This document shows, piece by piece, positions 41,759-54,475 of a stretch of DNA of 64,000 nt (position 1 is its first letter; each line of letters opens with the position of its first letter). The DNA lies in contig OX597817.1 in assembly GCA_951406725.2 (NCBI GenBank), positions 43,896,001 through 43,960,000 of the forward strand. Direction: 5' to 3'. Origin of the DNA: Octopus vulgaris (taxonomy: Eukaryota). Both the position numbers and the translations under genes were made by a program. Under the pieces are notes generated by a model. The model ran no database searches, was not told where the DNA came from, and saw only the letters and a program-made list of their open reading frames with translations.

Positions 41759-44700
41759 CTACAACACAAACACTCACCTTTAACCAAAGTCCAAGCTAAC
41801 AACAGCAAATATGACTTATTAAAATTCATGGAATGTTATTAGAATTTTGGAAAAAAAAACCTGGTTATTATGTAAGTTTATGTATATGAATTTATTTGTG
41901 TATGTATATTGACTGCCATTGGGCATCAGGTGTGACTAACTATCAAGCATTCACCTGTGCATAATGTGGTTTTAATATAGTGTGGGGTGGGCATGGACAG
42001 TAACATCCAGATTATTTTTTACAGAAGCAATTCAACATCATATAACATAATTTCAAGTTTGAAACTCTGCGTAGATCTACAAGCCATAACTTTGAGTAAA
42101 GTTATGGCAAAGCTAGCCAGAATAAGATTGAAACTCAGAACTGTAAACTAAGGAATCACATATCAATTAAACAGTGATCAATGTCATATTAGTAAGCTGT
42201 TCATTGCATAGAGCCTAAATTCTACATGAGAGACAAAAACTGGAACAGATGTCTGTCATAGGAGAACAGTCAGATGATAGCCATGGGGTATTAGTACTTG
42301 ACCTGTTAGCTGAGAGAACAGAACCCTAAACTTTAGCCTATCATAACTTTAAATAAATTAATGCCAGTGTCTTGTATTAGTGGGGAAATAATGTGCGTGT
42401 ATGCATGTACTGGATAATAAGGGCTTGTCTAAATGGATAGGTAAAGAAGACATTCAAGAATGAACAAATGAATGTGATATCAATTGTAGAAGCAGGGAAA
42501 TGATATGATGAACTTGTATGTATTTTCCATTTTTTTAAAGTCTCCATATGGTACATTTTGTACTACATATTTATTGACAGATAAACTATTTGGAATAATG
42601 AAACAATGATAGGTATCTATGTATGAATTTAAGTGGTTGTTAATTGTTGCAAACATGGATTTAGATGTACTTGAAATGAAAAAGGCAAAATGCTTCTGCT
42701 TTGAAAGCATTAAAAAATAGATAAAAAGATTTTACTTGTAAATTTATAAAGGATGCTAATCTTAAGCTAAAGTAAAAATATTATCATTCTCTAAAGTGAT
42801 TGTTTTTGGATCATTGCAACACAGTCTAATATTATGAATATATGTATATAATAAATGGTGTCATTTTTAGTGTTAATCTGTAGATAAATTTGTTCATTTC
42901 CAAAATTTTGCTTTTGTAACAATTAAAAGTAATACACTTGATATTTGATAGCAATATAAGAATATATGCCCGTTGGAATCATTTGTGAAATTTCATCTCT
43001 CAAGACCAGGCTAGCTCAGAAGAGATCTTTTGCCCGATTCCTACAGCAGAGAAGAATGAATGTTTAGCAGATTGTAGAGTCTGATTCACCTTCAGTCCAA
43101 GGAAATATTAAGTTCATATTATTTCCCACAAAAATAGAGGGGATAAACTGTAAAATTTAGCACTTATCTTGAGGAAAGGAATTGGTTTAAAATGATTTGC
43201 AGATAAGTTAGGAGGAAAGTTAATTCTATCAAATATTCCAACTTATAATAAACAAAACATTATAATTGGATTTATATAATAAATATTTTTTAGGCCTATG
43301 CATTGAGTTTGTTATAATAAATTTCTAGGATAAAAATAAGCTACAGTGTGATAAAACTTATATGTCTATGTGTTTGCATTTATGCTTATCTGAATGCTTT
43401 CACAGAAAGCAATTCACTATGTGTAATTATGTAGTAATCTTTTGAAGACCATGTCAATCAATATTCTTTCTAATATTTTAAGAAATTATCTACATTTGTA
43501 TGTATATATAACTCTAGAATTTTATGTTAGATTATTTAACATTCAAACCTTTTATATTCATGAATCATCTGCAATGCATGATGTATACTGTACACATACT
43601 TATATGCAAGAATATGTGTTTATATCAAATTTTTAATGTCTTTTATATATTTCATCTTATAGTAGTGCAGTTTGAATGACTTTGCTGGAGATATTCCTAT
43701 TTGAAGGTTTATCAAAGGACTCAAAAGAATTTGCTTTGGCTGTTTAAAACTCTTACCAAAATACATTAGAAGATTTTCTATAATATTTACACATGCATGT
43801 AATAAAGTTAGATGAAATAGGTTGTAAGACCAAAATGTAGCTAAAAGAAAGATTTTCAAAAGTATCAAAGAAAACTTTAGGGAATAAAATTAATAATGAA
43901 TTAATCAAATTCAAAAGAAAATGTACAGAAAATGTTACTGAAATGAAATCATACTTTTAGAAAGAAACAATTTTATCTTTTAATATGCTTATATAATATA
44001 TAAAATGTTTTTTCATAGAATGTGGATTTCTTACAAACTCATTGATATAAGATATTAAGATGTTAATAAAGCAAACTCTGAATTATTATACAATTAAAAA
44101 ATAACATGAGCTATGAAAAATAACTCAAATGGGCCAATGGCATAAATTTGGATGAAAAAGTTAAGGGGTGATGTGTTGAATGATGCACAGAAAAATTCTT
44201 AATTAATTGAAATTTCCCTCAATAAAAATCTAGGCTCAATTGTAGCAACATAAAACAAGATAATTTCAATAAATTAAAAATTAATACCTCAAAGTTACTT
44301 TACATACTTGGGGAAAGAAATACTAATTTTGTTTTCATGCAAGTTCCATGCCTGCAAAATAAGATTAGACATTTCTTCCTCTCCTTGCCTGCAAATTTCA
44401 GACCTTCCTTTCCCTGAGCATAGAAATTAACTCTGATTAATCAATTTGAAATTTCTTGAAATTTTCTATGCTTTCCTTTAAGAGTCACTGAGAATTGCCT
44501 CTAGGTTTTTGTTTTCTGTCTTATATGAAGCAGCAAATTTCAATTAATTAAGAATTGTTTTGCATACAGTATTCAGTACAGCACTCCCTTAATTAATGAT
44601 TATATTTATTAAGTTTCCTTCTTTCTATATCTATTCACTGTTTATTTCCCTTTTTCTTCCAATGCATAAATTTAGTTAAGATTTAGCTGCTTTGCTGTGA

Positions 44701-44805
44701 TAAATTGATGTAATTATGGCATTTTATTTATAATTTTTACTTTAGAATCTTTTCTGTAAAGAGAATATAAATGCAAAAATATAACAGTAATAGGGTTAGT
44801 GCTGA

Positions 44806-44882
<77 letters not shown>

Positions 44883-44988
44883 ATAGTAGTAGTAGTTGTA
44901 GTTGTTGTTGAGGTAGTGGTGGTGGTAGTAGTAATAGTAGTAGTAACAGTAGTAGTGGTAGAGTAGTGGTGGTGGTGGTGGTGGTGGT
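44806..44988. repeat. (TAG)n/(TGG)n trinucleotide array
   Basis: Directly visible. A (CAT)/(CGT) array also lies at 30153-30271. Confidence 0.95.
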
Positions 44989-46235
44989 AAATAGTCATAG
45001 CTATACAGTATTACAAATTGAAAGAAAATGCTGAAATATAGAGTTATGTTAGCAACAAAATAAACTGACTTGGAATAATTGAAGAGTTTTGTATAAATTG
45101 ATATAAAATTAATAAGAAATCATGTAAATGTATTTCATTATATAAATCATTGAAAATTTAATCTGTCTAAAGCTGGTACTGTCAAAAAAAACGTATTGAA
45201 TGAAAATAACATAATAATGCAATAAATAAAATTGGGTTTAAGATCCTTCCATTTCTACATGAAATTTGTTAAAAAATTTGACATTACCATAGACATCATA
45301 CAGCCACAATTCAACAAGCTCAAGGCTGATCTAAACAATATTTATATAACAAATTTCAATTTTTACTTAAAAATGATGTTAAATATAATCAAATTAACTT
45401 TAATTCAAGATCATTTTTATTTAAATATATGAATATATCTATGTATGTATATATGCATATATATATATATATATATATCTATATATATATATATATAATA
45501 TGTTCATATATATATATATATGCTATACATATATATAAGCATATCTATATCTATATCTATATATATATGTATGTATGTGTGTATATATAAGCATATTTAT
45601 ATACAAATATATATGCATGTGTACATTGTATATGTATATATATATATATGCACACACATATGTATATATGTATGCATTGATGTTCAAATGTATGTATCTG
45701 AAGAATAAATTATAATATATGATGATATTTTATGTAGGTTGGGAAAATTCTAGATAAACTTTAGGTGACAAAGAACTGAAAAGTTTCAATGTAAAGTTTA
45801 CTTTCTGCATTCCTGCAGTTTCTATACATTTTTAATTGAAATAATTTTGATATTAACTTTTTCTAATTTTCATGGCCTATAAGGTATTTTTAACAACTGA
45901 TTTTAAAAATTATCTTCTGTTTGACTTCAGTATTCTCTTCAAGAAAAATTTTATGTTTGAACAATTGCTTTTTATTTTTGATTAGACACTCTTTTTAATA
46001 CCTGTAAATTGGGAAGTCATAACTATTTTCTATAAAGGTAAACTGGATTGTTTAAATAATGTAATATCTTCAAGAGGAGTAAATAAAGTCTATTAACCAC
46101 AAAAAATTAGGTAGAAACATGTGAGCTACTTTATGATATATTTTATTTTGTAAAATATACGTTTCCTATTTCAAATATATTTTTGGCTTTCAAGGATTTA
46201 AATCTATGCTTTTATGATATTCAAACAGTATAATA

Positions 46236-46266
<31 letters not shown>

Positions 46267-46635
46267 TGTATGTATGTATTTATGCATGCATGCATGCATG
46301 CATGCATGTATGTATGTATGTATGTATGTATGTATGTATGTATGTATGTATGTATGTATGTATGTATGTATGTATGTATGTATGTATGTATGCATGCATG
46401 CATGCATGCATGCATGTATGTATGTATGTATGTTTGTATGTATGGATGCATGTATATATGAATTCATATATGCGTATATAAATTTATGCTTGAGTATGTC
46501 TGTGTGTGTAATGTTTTTATTTTTCATTCCCTTCAAAATTACTCTTAACTGAGGTTTAGACTTTTTGACTATTCTTTCTAGTATGTATGGCAACCTGTTA
46601 AGGCTCACCTCTTTGTGTTTAAATGTACACTAATG

Positions 46636-46695
<60 letters not shown>

Positions 46696-48454
46696 AGTTA
46701 TTATTCCTATTTGAATAAATTAAAAATGCATAACTTCACATTTTAGATAGCCAGAAAAAATTTCAAATCCTTTTACATGGCAATGTTTTAGACTAGAAAT
46801 ATGACATTAATCTACAAATATAACTGGTCGTGTCTCTCATTCCTTCTGTTTTTTCATTTCTCTAACATGCTCGTCAATGACAATTATCTATTATAATACT
46901 TTCTCTGTATTTCATTAAAATATTGACTAGCTGTTTAGCTAGCTGAATACTGAGTAGAAATGTATATTATAAATTTAACTGTCCATGTATTGAATTGTAT
47001 ATAGTTACATAAATAATTGTAGATATATTTTATTATTTAATACATTTTATTCAATTATGGTTTATTGCAGGTAATTTACTAAATACTTAGAACTTGTCAA
47101 CTTCCTATGGGCAACCTTAGTGTTTATGTGCATGTTGGTGCTATTTATGATAGATAGTGGTGGGGGGAAGTACTCAATACTAAATAATAATTAAATTTAT
47201 GCAATGGATACTTTTGTTGTACTATTTGGATTGCCTACCAATGCTTGTTTTTTGTAATTAGAATTGATATGAAATTAAGATTAGAGACCCATATATAAAT
47301 GATACCTTTTAGTTCATTCAAAAAGATTTTAAATATTATATGATAATTTCATCCACATACTTACATGAAGAATAAATCTCTCTAAACAAATTTTAAGGTT
47401 TTTCTCTGTCTTTGCCTTTACGAAATGTAAAGGACTGGAATGGAGTTAAATTCATTGTGTAGAAAATTTGTAACTGCTAGTTGAGAAAAAGTCATTGATT
47501 GATAAATTTTAACTTGAGTAATCTGCAGTCCCTGACTTACTTTAAGAAAATTTAACACTCCCATCACCTAAAAAAGTGAAATACTATCAATAAAGCAGTC
47601 TTATTCATTCTATTTCACCTTTATTTATCAAGTTTCTCATTTATATAGCCTCCTCTAAGTTTTATAAAATTAAATCTTTCAAGAATTCTTCTCTGGCAAA
47701 TATCTTAACTCAATTTACAACTTAAGCAAGTACAACACTTCTCATGCATTCCCAGATACAAGGCATAAGCTCAATTTTTATTTTTGAAACTGAAGAATGT
47801 TAAAAAAGTGAAGTATTCCTATTTCTTATAAATACATTTGCAATTTATCTTATCTTGATGTCAGTATGAAAAAACAAATATATAACATTTTGAAGAAATT
47901 GTCATTATTTTAAATGTCTATAGTATATTACAAATAATTACACATTGTATCACATGCACACACACATGCACACTCCTCTCTCTCTCTCTCTCTCTCTCTC
48001 ATACACACACACACACAAACACACACAAAATATAATAACATTGGTATTTTAATATAATATATGATAAAAGAGAATGGCTAAGAAGCTAGATTTGATATCT
48101 AAATAGTTGGTGCTAGAAAAATCTTTTATTAGGGAGGCATTTCATCCAATTATCTATTTATAAATCTGCATATGAAGTAAAAAAAGAATTTTATTTGAAA
48201 ACAGACATGTATGTATGTATGTATGTATGTATGTATGTATGTATGTATGTATGTATGTATGTATGTATGCATGCATGTATGTACCCATGTACACACACAT
48301 GCATATATATACACATAAAACAGAATAATACACATATACTACACACATGCACACACACACACACACAAACACACTAATATATATATATATATATATGTGT
48401 ATGTGCATGTACATACATACATATTGCTTGTGTTGGGATAGTTATGTATGTATA

Positions 48455-48557
<103 letters not shown>

Positions 48558-49921
48558 TTATGCACAGATATGAACATATTTAATGTGAAGGACAATTTGA
48601 ATGTAAATATATGTAAATAATAAATTTGCAACTATTATCATGACTGAGAAGTTATTAAATACTAACTATAAGGTTAACTACAATATGCACATTGATAGTC
48701 AACTAAATTTTAGAGTTATGATATAAAGTAAAAGTGAACTATATAACTGCAAGAAACATAAAATGCAAAAATTCAAATTCATAGCAATATTATTATTTTC
48801 ACTACAATTCTTTCTTTCTTTTTTTTTGAAAAGTTTTTATAGCAAATAATTTGGGATATATACACAAAAAGTTAATTCATCATTAATTATGTTAATTATT
48901 CTGAAATTTGAAAGATATATTAGTTTTAAAAAAACTGTAAAAGTTTATATTATACATTGTATTAATTCAGCAAGAACCATCACTTTTTGTTAATAACAGG
49001 TGAGTTTTAATTTAATTAGGTAGACTGATAATATTTGGAAATAAAAGAAAAGTTGATTTTTATTAGTAACATCACAGATTAATCAATTAAAAAAACTGCC
49101 CACTTCTTCAGTTTATTATCTGTTAGGAAATAATCAGTTTAAGGTGAGATGAAGAGAAAGAGAAAATAACCTATTAGTGGTTAAATATCAGCAAAGGTTA
49201 TATATTAATGGAAAGTTGTTAGAATGAAATAATCCTTGTGTTAGCTGCTCCTCATATATAACGAGGGTCATTACTTTTAGTTTTAAGGCATTTGGCCAAA
49301 TATTTCAGCATGTTTATCAGTAATTATTTTATCAACACTTGATGGATGAAATAAAAGTAATCATGCCCTTTGCTATTGTCCTCACTGAGATAGATAGGAT
49401 AAATAGAATGTTTACTTACAGGCTATGTAAATGTGTGTGTGTGTGTTTGTGTGTGTATATATACACACACAAAATACTATTAACTTACTTGTCATTATTT
49501 TTAAAATGATTAGTATTTCCCAGTATTGGCTGGTAAAGTTAATTTTATTCCTATGTAAAAATGATTATACAAATAATTTTATTACAAATAAAATAAATAG
49601 AAAATACTAATACCATGGAGTCTCATTTGAAAAAAAAAAAAAAATCATCGGGCCTAAAGCATTTTCTACTGAAACAAAACATAAGAGTAAGTGACCTTAG
49701 ATTGGAATGCTAGAATACAACTGTTATGTAAGGGAAGTTACTAATAGTTTTAAATTATCTCCCTTATTTGTACGTGACATGACACTGAGAGAAGGGGAAG
49801 CAATCATTTCATATCAGTTTTGTGTAACCAGATAAATAACTAGCTTCAAAGAATATAAAGACTTACTCTCATTCTTAATTTTCATTTGTGTCTTATCAAG
49901 TCTAGTTTAAATCTCGAGAAA

Positions 49922-49955
<34 letters not shown>

Positions 49956-50490
49956 CACCTGCATAACACATATGGACTAACAGTTAATATAAATTGCATT
50001 ATATACATGAATGATTTTTAAATATAATTTTCCTAGTAGAAAATATATTCCAGCCCTCAACTAATATTATTTTCATATTGATGATGTCACAAGATGAGAA
50101 ATGTCAGTACCAATGGTATTTTGTTCATAGGTCTGTAGCAATTGCATATTTGTAAGAAATAAACAAAATTTATTTTCATTACATTTTAGAAAATGTGTAG
50201 ATATTTTATTTTCATATATGACCATAACTATCAAATGTAATAAATTAAATATTCTTTTTGTTAATTACGTTTTTTTTTAAACCACTAAGTTAACAGAAAT
50301 ATTGGAGAGCATACCAATACTATGAATTATTTATTACTTGTTTTGTTGATTTATATCTCATTGTAAGAGCTCAGCCGAAGTGAAATTATATAAATTATTT
50401 TTTGAACACCAGTTTTGATTTATTTTTGAGATTTTAAAAAGTATATTATGTTATGACAGCACTGATATATAGTAAAGTAAAAGAGCTTAC

Positions 50491-51243
50491 CTTTGCAGCC
50501 TGCAATTACTGGACCGTGAAGATGTGTGGCATTTGTTAACACTTTAGGATAAATGTCATTAAGGTCAATTGAAGCCATGCATCCTTGGAATCCGTGTTTA
50601 GAACGAATTGATTTTGGTAAGTCGGCAAAAACTGTCTTTTTTACCCCTCCAAGATAGAGGGGTCCCTCGAGATCAAAGTGGATAGCTTTTCCATCGAGGA
50701 CGCGGATCCTCTCAGTAGGATTGATGTCAACTCGAAACAACTGAGAATTTTTCTCAAGGCGGGAGAGTGATACCAAATGCCATTGGTTGTCATTTAAGGG
50801 ACCTGGAGTGTTTCCTTTTATCACCTGGGGCCCATTGCCCAGATTATATGCATAATAGATATAGCCATCTACAAGTTCTAGTGCAAGAAAGTCCTTTTCT
50901 TTTCCACCACTATACAGCAACAGGCCATCAGGTTCCGTGGTTTTGAATTTAAAAGAAATGACAAACAATAAATGGATGTTGAGTGTGCTTAGTTCGGCAA
51001 AGGCAGATGTTTGCTTAAATGTGATTGGGTCTCTAGCAATGTTTGATCCCCCATCAAACTGTGCGGTGACTTCAATATTTTTTGCCTTGCCGGACTTTGC
51101 CATTTCAAAATAGTGTTTTTTATTGAAAACTAGCTGTTGCATGAGTCCAATAAAACTGGCATAACCATGAATTGTATTGTCATCTGTAAGTTTGCTAGCT
51201 TCACCATGAAACTCTGAAACACTTGAAGTTGCAGGAAGCTCTT
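50491..51243 (-). CDS. NRXN: alpha-neurexin exon, end of LNS4 + LNS5 (eELPATSS...FIGLMQQLVFN...VIAGCK), up to 753 nt, phase 1-1
   Basis: ttctag|AA acceptor (in-frame alternatives exist) and G|gtaagc donor. Motifs DPITFK, FKTTEPDGLLLYSGG, PLNDNQWH, LYLGGV and GFQGCMASIDLN match neurexin LNS5. Confidence 0.95.
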
Positions 51244-52433
51244 CTAGAATAAGAAAATTAATAGAAAATTGCTGATAATTAACATTTAGAAAAGTATCAC
51301 AATGAAAAATGTAAATCTTTTTTTTTTGTTAATTTCTTGGATTTTTCTACTTTTATATGAATAATTAAATCTACTGACTAATGTCTATATTTCTATACAA
51401 AGCATATTATATATATTTTCTTTTAGGCAGCAAATTGCAGGGTCATTAGAGCATTGAATTAAATGCTTTGTGGTATTTGTTTAAACTCTTAGCACACTAA
51501 GATCAAATCCTTCCAAGGTCAACTTTGCCTTTCATTCTTTCAAAATCAATAAAAAGTATCAAACCAGGTCGATAGATTGAAGGAATGTTGGCCAGGCAGC
51601 TTGTGGTATCAGTTCAGACTCTTTGCATTCTGATTGCAGTATTTGTGATGATGTTGGTGCCAAGTTGCATTGGCCCAAACTGGTGGCTTTTTCCTTTTAT
51701 AAACATCAGTATTTTGGAGAGAGGAGACTTGCACACATGGGTAACTGTCAGTATTTCTCAAAAAAAATCTTATCCAAATCTGGACATATGAGTACAGATA
51801 AATGGTCAACCTTGACTGATAAAAATCTCATATACATTTGTAAAAAATATATAAAGATTCATTTATAAATATTGAAGTCTCAAAATGATTTAAACTGCAT
51901 TAATATTTTTAATATCAAGCAAGAATTATATAATTCTGAAGGTATGTTGAGTTAATAAATGAAATATTTTTCTAGTATTAGTTGTATAGTACATGACAAC
52001 CTTATTAGTAGCAGTATGGGGGCATGCACTGTAACAACATGTTGCTGAATACATAATTTGTTGGTAATTATCTACTCTTGGCAGATGATGTCTTTGCACA
52101 ACTCAGGTGACAGCTATCCAAGCCATGGATCTGTTTGGGTAGTCATTGCTGGTGAGGGTTTTACGAGGTTGGAGTGCAAATCCAACCTCAACCACTTTTA
52201 TTGCTTTTTATGACATGCAGAGATGTTGGGTTTACTTTTTGGCATGCCAGTCCCCACACAACACATCCTTACTGAGAACAAATGATGCTATCTAATATGA
52301 AACTACTAAAATATTATCAGATTTATTATCAAAATAACTGCATAAAATATTGAAAGCATAATTATCATACATCAGTCAGGTAATTGGTACTTTTAATATT
52401 TTTCCTGAAAATAATGAAATGTAAGATATTTAC

Positions 52434-52508
52434 CCGAGGGTACAGGTCCAATTGAGCCAATATATATATACTCATATTTTAAAGTTTTTCTTAGTTCTGG
52501 TAGCTTAT
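52434..52508 (-). CDS. NRXN: alpha-neurexin small exon, LNS4 (dKLPELRKTLKYEYIYIGSIGPVPS), 75 nt, phase 1-1, not in ORF track
   Basis: ttctag|AT acceptor and G|gtaaat donor with an open frame. The phases fit both neighbours and the exon fills the gap equivalent to GQMAGDHTRLEFHNIETG. Confidence 0.8.
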
Positions 52509-52944
52509 CTAGAATAAATAAGACATACAATATTTAAATGGATTTTTAAAATAAATTCTTTAACCTTTACTTCTACCTTTTTCAATAATATATATGCTTA
52601 TAAGGAAATAATTAAGAAACAATTTAAATAGTTATATCATAAAACTGATACTAGACATTTAGCATAATCAGCTTTCTCTTTCCAAGACTGTAAGGTTTAT
52701 AGAGTTACAATATTCAGAAGCTTGTCAGCAGCATTAGCAGTTAAATTACTCTATCAAAAGATAAAATATTTGCTAATACTGTTCATTTTGTAACAGTTGT
52801 ATTTTTTACTTTTATCTATTATTTTAAAGTATTGATTTTCAAAGAGGAATATACAAATATTCAGCAAAGATGTTTGCTTACAGTTTTGGTTAATTATTTT
52901 TGAAATTCTATCAGTTAATACTTTAAGCTTATTTTTTGCAACAG

Positions 52945-53090
52945 ATGCAGGTATAGATGTGTGGGCATGACCTTTGCTTTCCAACCACATGGTCTCAAGT
53001 TCAGTCTCACTTCATGGCACATTGGGCAAGTGTCTTCTACAATATCCTCAGGCCAAGCAAAGCTGGAAATTGAAGAAACTGGTTGTGTGC
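52945..53090 (+). mobile_element. SINE family A, 5' fragment
   Basis: gctttccaaccacatggtctcaagttcagtc...gggcaagtgtcttctac. Similar heads occur at 22240-22390 and 38500-38600. Confidence 0.7.
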
Positions 53091-53340
53091 ATGTGTGTGT
53101 GTGTGTGAGTGTATAAATGCATATATGTGTATCTGGTTTGTGTTGCTATGAGTAGTGTGTTGTCGCTTTTCCTTTCAACAACTTGTTTGCTTGCTTTGTG
53201 CCTTTGGAGATGTATGAGACAAAAGATTCCTTTATTGAAAGACAGAAAAAGGTTAATGACATGAAGAGCAGCTAACGCAAGATTGGTAAAATGAAGATAA
53301 ACAAATAAACAAACAATGGTATAGGAAAAAATATTCTTAC

Positions 53341-53449
53341 CAGTGACTGGTAAGTTATAATCAACTGCCAGCTCTACAGTTCTAGCTCTGCGCTTAACAA
53401 ACACTGTGTGCCATTGCCCATCATTGAGACTTTGGCCAGTAATTAGGGT
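53341..53449 (-). CDS. NRXN: alpha-neurexin exon, LNS4 (TLITGQSLNDGQWHTVFVKRRARTVELAVDYNLPVT), 109 nt, phase 0-1
   Basis: ttttcag|ACC acceptor and G|gtaaga donor. Resembles [30 protein letters not shown]. Confidence 0.93.
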
Positions 53450-54152
53450 CTGAAAATGAAAAAAACAAAACCTCCTTTGTCACCATAAGAGTCTTCATGA
53501 GTTTCTTTTTATCATTAGATATTTGCCTAATTACAAATGTGTAACATTTTCCTTTACATTCATTACTCATATCCCATCTCCATTCTTATTCAAATCAAGG
53601 GACTTTCACTTCACTCTGTCCCTTTTCTTTTTTTCTCATCCCTCCCTAATTCTTCTATCCCTCTGCATCTACCTCTCTCCTCTCCTTCCATATGACCAGT
53701 GTTCTGCCAAGCCTGACCTTTCTTTCTTGGTTCGACTACCATCTGTGCAACATCTATATCCCTTCCCATGCCTGTCATCTCTTATGTCCCTGCCATAAGG
53801 CTTCACTTCCACATATACCAGCTTAATTTAATTCGTCCTTAGTCAAAAGACACTTGTTGTTAATATCCTGTTGTTTGCATTTGTATTTGTGTATCATTTA
53901 TCTGTTTTTTCCCGTCCTTGTTTTCATATACATTTACTGCTTTCTTCCAAGGAATCTAGTGCTCTTAGCTTAGATTTTCTTTGGAGCTGGCCAGATTGGA
54001 GCAGTCTTGAATTTAACCAGCCAAAACTGCAATGATTATCCGGAACTTGACTGACGAAAGAAAGCTCCGAATGACCCATCCTTGTTTTTTCTTGTCCCTT
54101 TTTTGTATCATCTAACCGTCTGGATGTTTTGCATTCGTGTCCCATTTTTTGT

Positions 54153-54200
<48 letters not shown>

Positions 54201-54213
54201 AATAATAATAATG

Positions 54214-54254
<41 letters not shown>

Positions 54255-54428
54255 TAATTAATAATCCATGGATGGAATTTATAAATATTTAAACACATTG
54301 TTATGCACATTTCCACAAATCACATCTTTCTTGTGATTTTGTATTCCTCGGATGGTTACAGAACAATCTACAATATCAATGGATATCAGGTGGATCTTAG
54401 TTCATGCGTTCATTTCTTCAGGCAATAT

Positions 54429-54475
<47 letters not shown>

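Noticed and set aside
53780-54110. Further hammerhead-like fragments (ctgacgaaag...ctccgaa)
   Set aside because: Probably a Penelope-like terminus, but stems I and III could not be built convincingly.
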